From Cyanophora paradoxa CCMP329 (Eukaryota; Plantae; Glaucophyta), in NCBI GenBank assembly GCA_004431415.1, contig QPMI01000416.1, positions 620,001 to 684,000 of the forward strand: a stretch of DNA of 64,000 bases. The letters are read 5' to 3'. The notes beneath the pieces are model-generated. The model saw only the letters and a list, made by a program, of their open reading frames with translations, was not told where the DNA came from and made no database searches. The position numbers and the translations under genes were made by a program. Of the stretch, positions 62,501 to 64,000 are shown one piece after another; the stretch's first letter is position 1, and each line of letters opens with the position of its first letter.

Positions 62501-64000
62501 CGGAGCCTTCGTCTCGTACGGATTGTTGCCGGCTGGCGGTGCCGATTTTAATTTGCAATTGAATGAAAAATTCGCGAGCCTCTTGCAAGCGCACCGGCAA
62601 TCACTTCCGCCATCACAGCGGCAGCGTCGTCCGTCTGGAGGCCCGAGCTGCGAAATTCGCAGTGAGCTCTCGCTAAATACATTTCCTCGGCTCAGCGCAG
62701 TGTGCACGCGTCGCCTCGCGCACCTGTACGCCCACGAGGGCTTGGCGGGGTGCATGGCGCCGCGGGCGTACTTGCACATGGCGATGAAGCCGACCCAGTC
62801 GTCCTCCGTGGCTTGCCTGTGGGGCCGGGAAGCGTGAGTTTGCGGGAAATTTCCGGAATATTTAATCCGACGGCATCGACGAACCGGAATCCCGTGTTGA
62901 AGTTGACCCACACGATCTCGTAGATCGGCGACAGACCGAAGGACCGCGAAAGGTACGATACGTCGAGGCCTGCGTTCGTAGGACGAAGTTATGCGTCTTC
63001 GATCTTAGGCAGGAGAAGCGGGGCTGGTCGAGAGCTAACGCACCTTCGTCGGTGGCGATCGCGGCGTCCAGGATCCAGACCTGTGGGATGGTGACGAAGT
63101 CCGACCGGACGCTCTTCCCGGCGCTCGCGAGCTGCGCATGCACGAATGAGTCGCACCGACGTTGTGCGCGTTTGCTGCAAGCTCAGTTAACGCACGGCTT
63201 CGATGAAGTTCTTGAGGTTCTTGTGCCTGTGCGCGGACGTTTAGTTCCTGTAGCTAAAGAACTCCATCGAGGAAAAGGTGCAGGGAATTAAGCGAAAATG
63301 TACAAGCTACCTCCAGCTGACCCAGCGCCGGAAGACCGGATCCGCCATGTTGACTGTGGCGGGCACGTCCAACCCCGTCGCAGCTTTGAAAGCCGCCCGG
63401 CCTGCGCAGAGTTTAAACCCGTTTAAAAAATTCTCTCCAAAAAGTAATGCAGTTGCTCGATAACGGACCCGCAGGCTCCGTGCCGCAGAACTGATTGATC
63501 GAGGCCCAATAGAGTGGCACCTGCGTATAGAATCGTGAGCATAAAGCTGGTATTTCAGGGTATGATATAGAATATAGAACATAGAGTAAAAGCGAGTAAA
63601 ACCTGGAACAGCACGCACATCGAGCCTGCACATTGCGCGCGCAAAGATAAAGGCGCCACGTTAGACGCTGACGCAAACAGAAGCTCGCTAGGAGGGCAGC
63701 TATTAGGCACCACACGGCGTCGGCGCCGCTCTCGGCGAGGGCGCGGATGCGGCGCTGCTGGTACTGCTTGATCCCCGAGTTGGGGCTCATCCACGCCGAG
63801 CCGAGCGTCCCCTCCAGCCACCACACCTCCGAGGGAAGAGCTTGTGCGCCGCGCGTGAGCATCCGAAAGGCACCACCGCAAAAATGTCGAGCCGCATGCA
63901 CATGGGGCGCACCAACATTATTCACGTTTTGCCGAGGGACCGATCCATCGCTTGGCCGCGACCAGCACTTCTGGACCTGCGCACGGCATGCACGAGTGTC
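59580..64000 (-). CDS. Putative glycoside hydrolase (GH42/GHL-like barrel plus class-I GATase-like trimerisation domain), 5' end outside the window
   Basis: Exons RAAFKAATGLDVP...DPVFRRWVSWR, VAVYYSGPTRDF, VKALLHAGIPFDVL...DLLRY and VVYFPQLQAVSDAEAAGIRAFVAAGGAAVLTG, a pattern typical of beta-galactosidase trimerisation-like domains. Confidence 0.7.

Noticed and set aside
1-64000. Autonomous transposon, Fanzor/TnpB, reverse transcriptase or viral genes
   Set aside because: I recognised no transposase, RuvC, RT, integrase or capsid motifs in any frame. Highly fragmented exons could have been missed.

Overview
GC-rich, intron-dense eukaryotic genomic DNA. Introns are short (about 60-300 nt) with GT and frequent GC donors, and there are micro-exons. 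The style resembles a glaucophyte such as Cyanophora, but that is a guess. Most ORFs in the six-frame track are GC-driven artefacts or single exons, so I assembled genes by reading splice sites by eye and the boundaries are approximate. Left to right: a partial F-box-like gene (-); a TPR protein with an organelle-targeting-like N-terminus (-), head-to-head with a putative beta-sandwich DNA-binding protein (+); three paralogous TPR / Sel1-repeat / TPR / zf-MYND genes (A +, B -, C +), of which B and C carry an extra N-terminal domain and flank a bestrophin gene (-); a 12-kb gene fusing IPT/TIG, a degenerate STELLO-like domain and a GT-A glycosyltransferase (-), head-to-head with CDC50/ALIS (+); two tandem secreted DUF4832-type glycoside hydrolase-like genes (+); and a partial GH42/GHL-like hydrolase (-). 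The most unusual signal is a recurring 'exon echo': copies of exon ends together with their splice sites sit inside neighbouring introns of unrelated genes, including an in-frame array of duplicated cassette exons. There are also template-switch palindromes and a small polyA/TSD retro-insertion. I found no rRNA, tRNA or CRISPR array.
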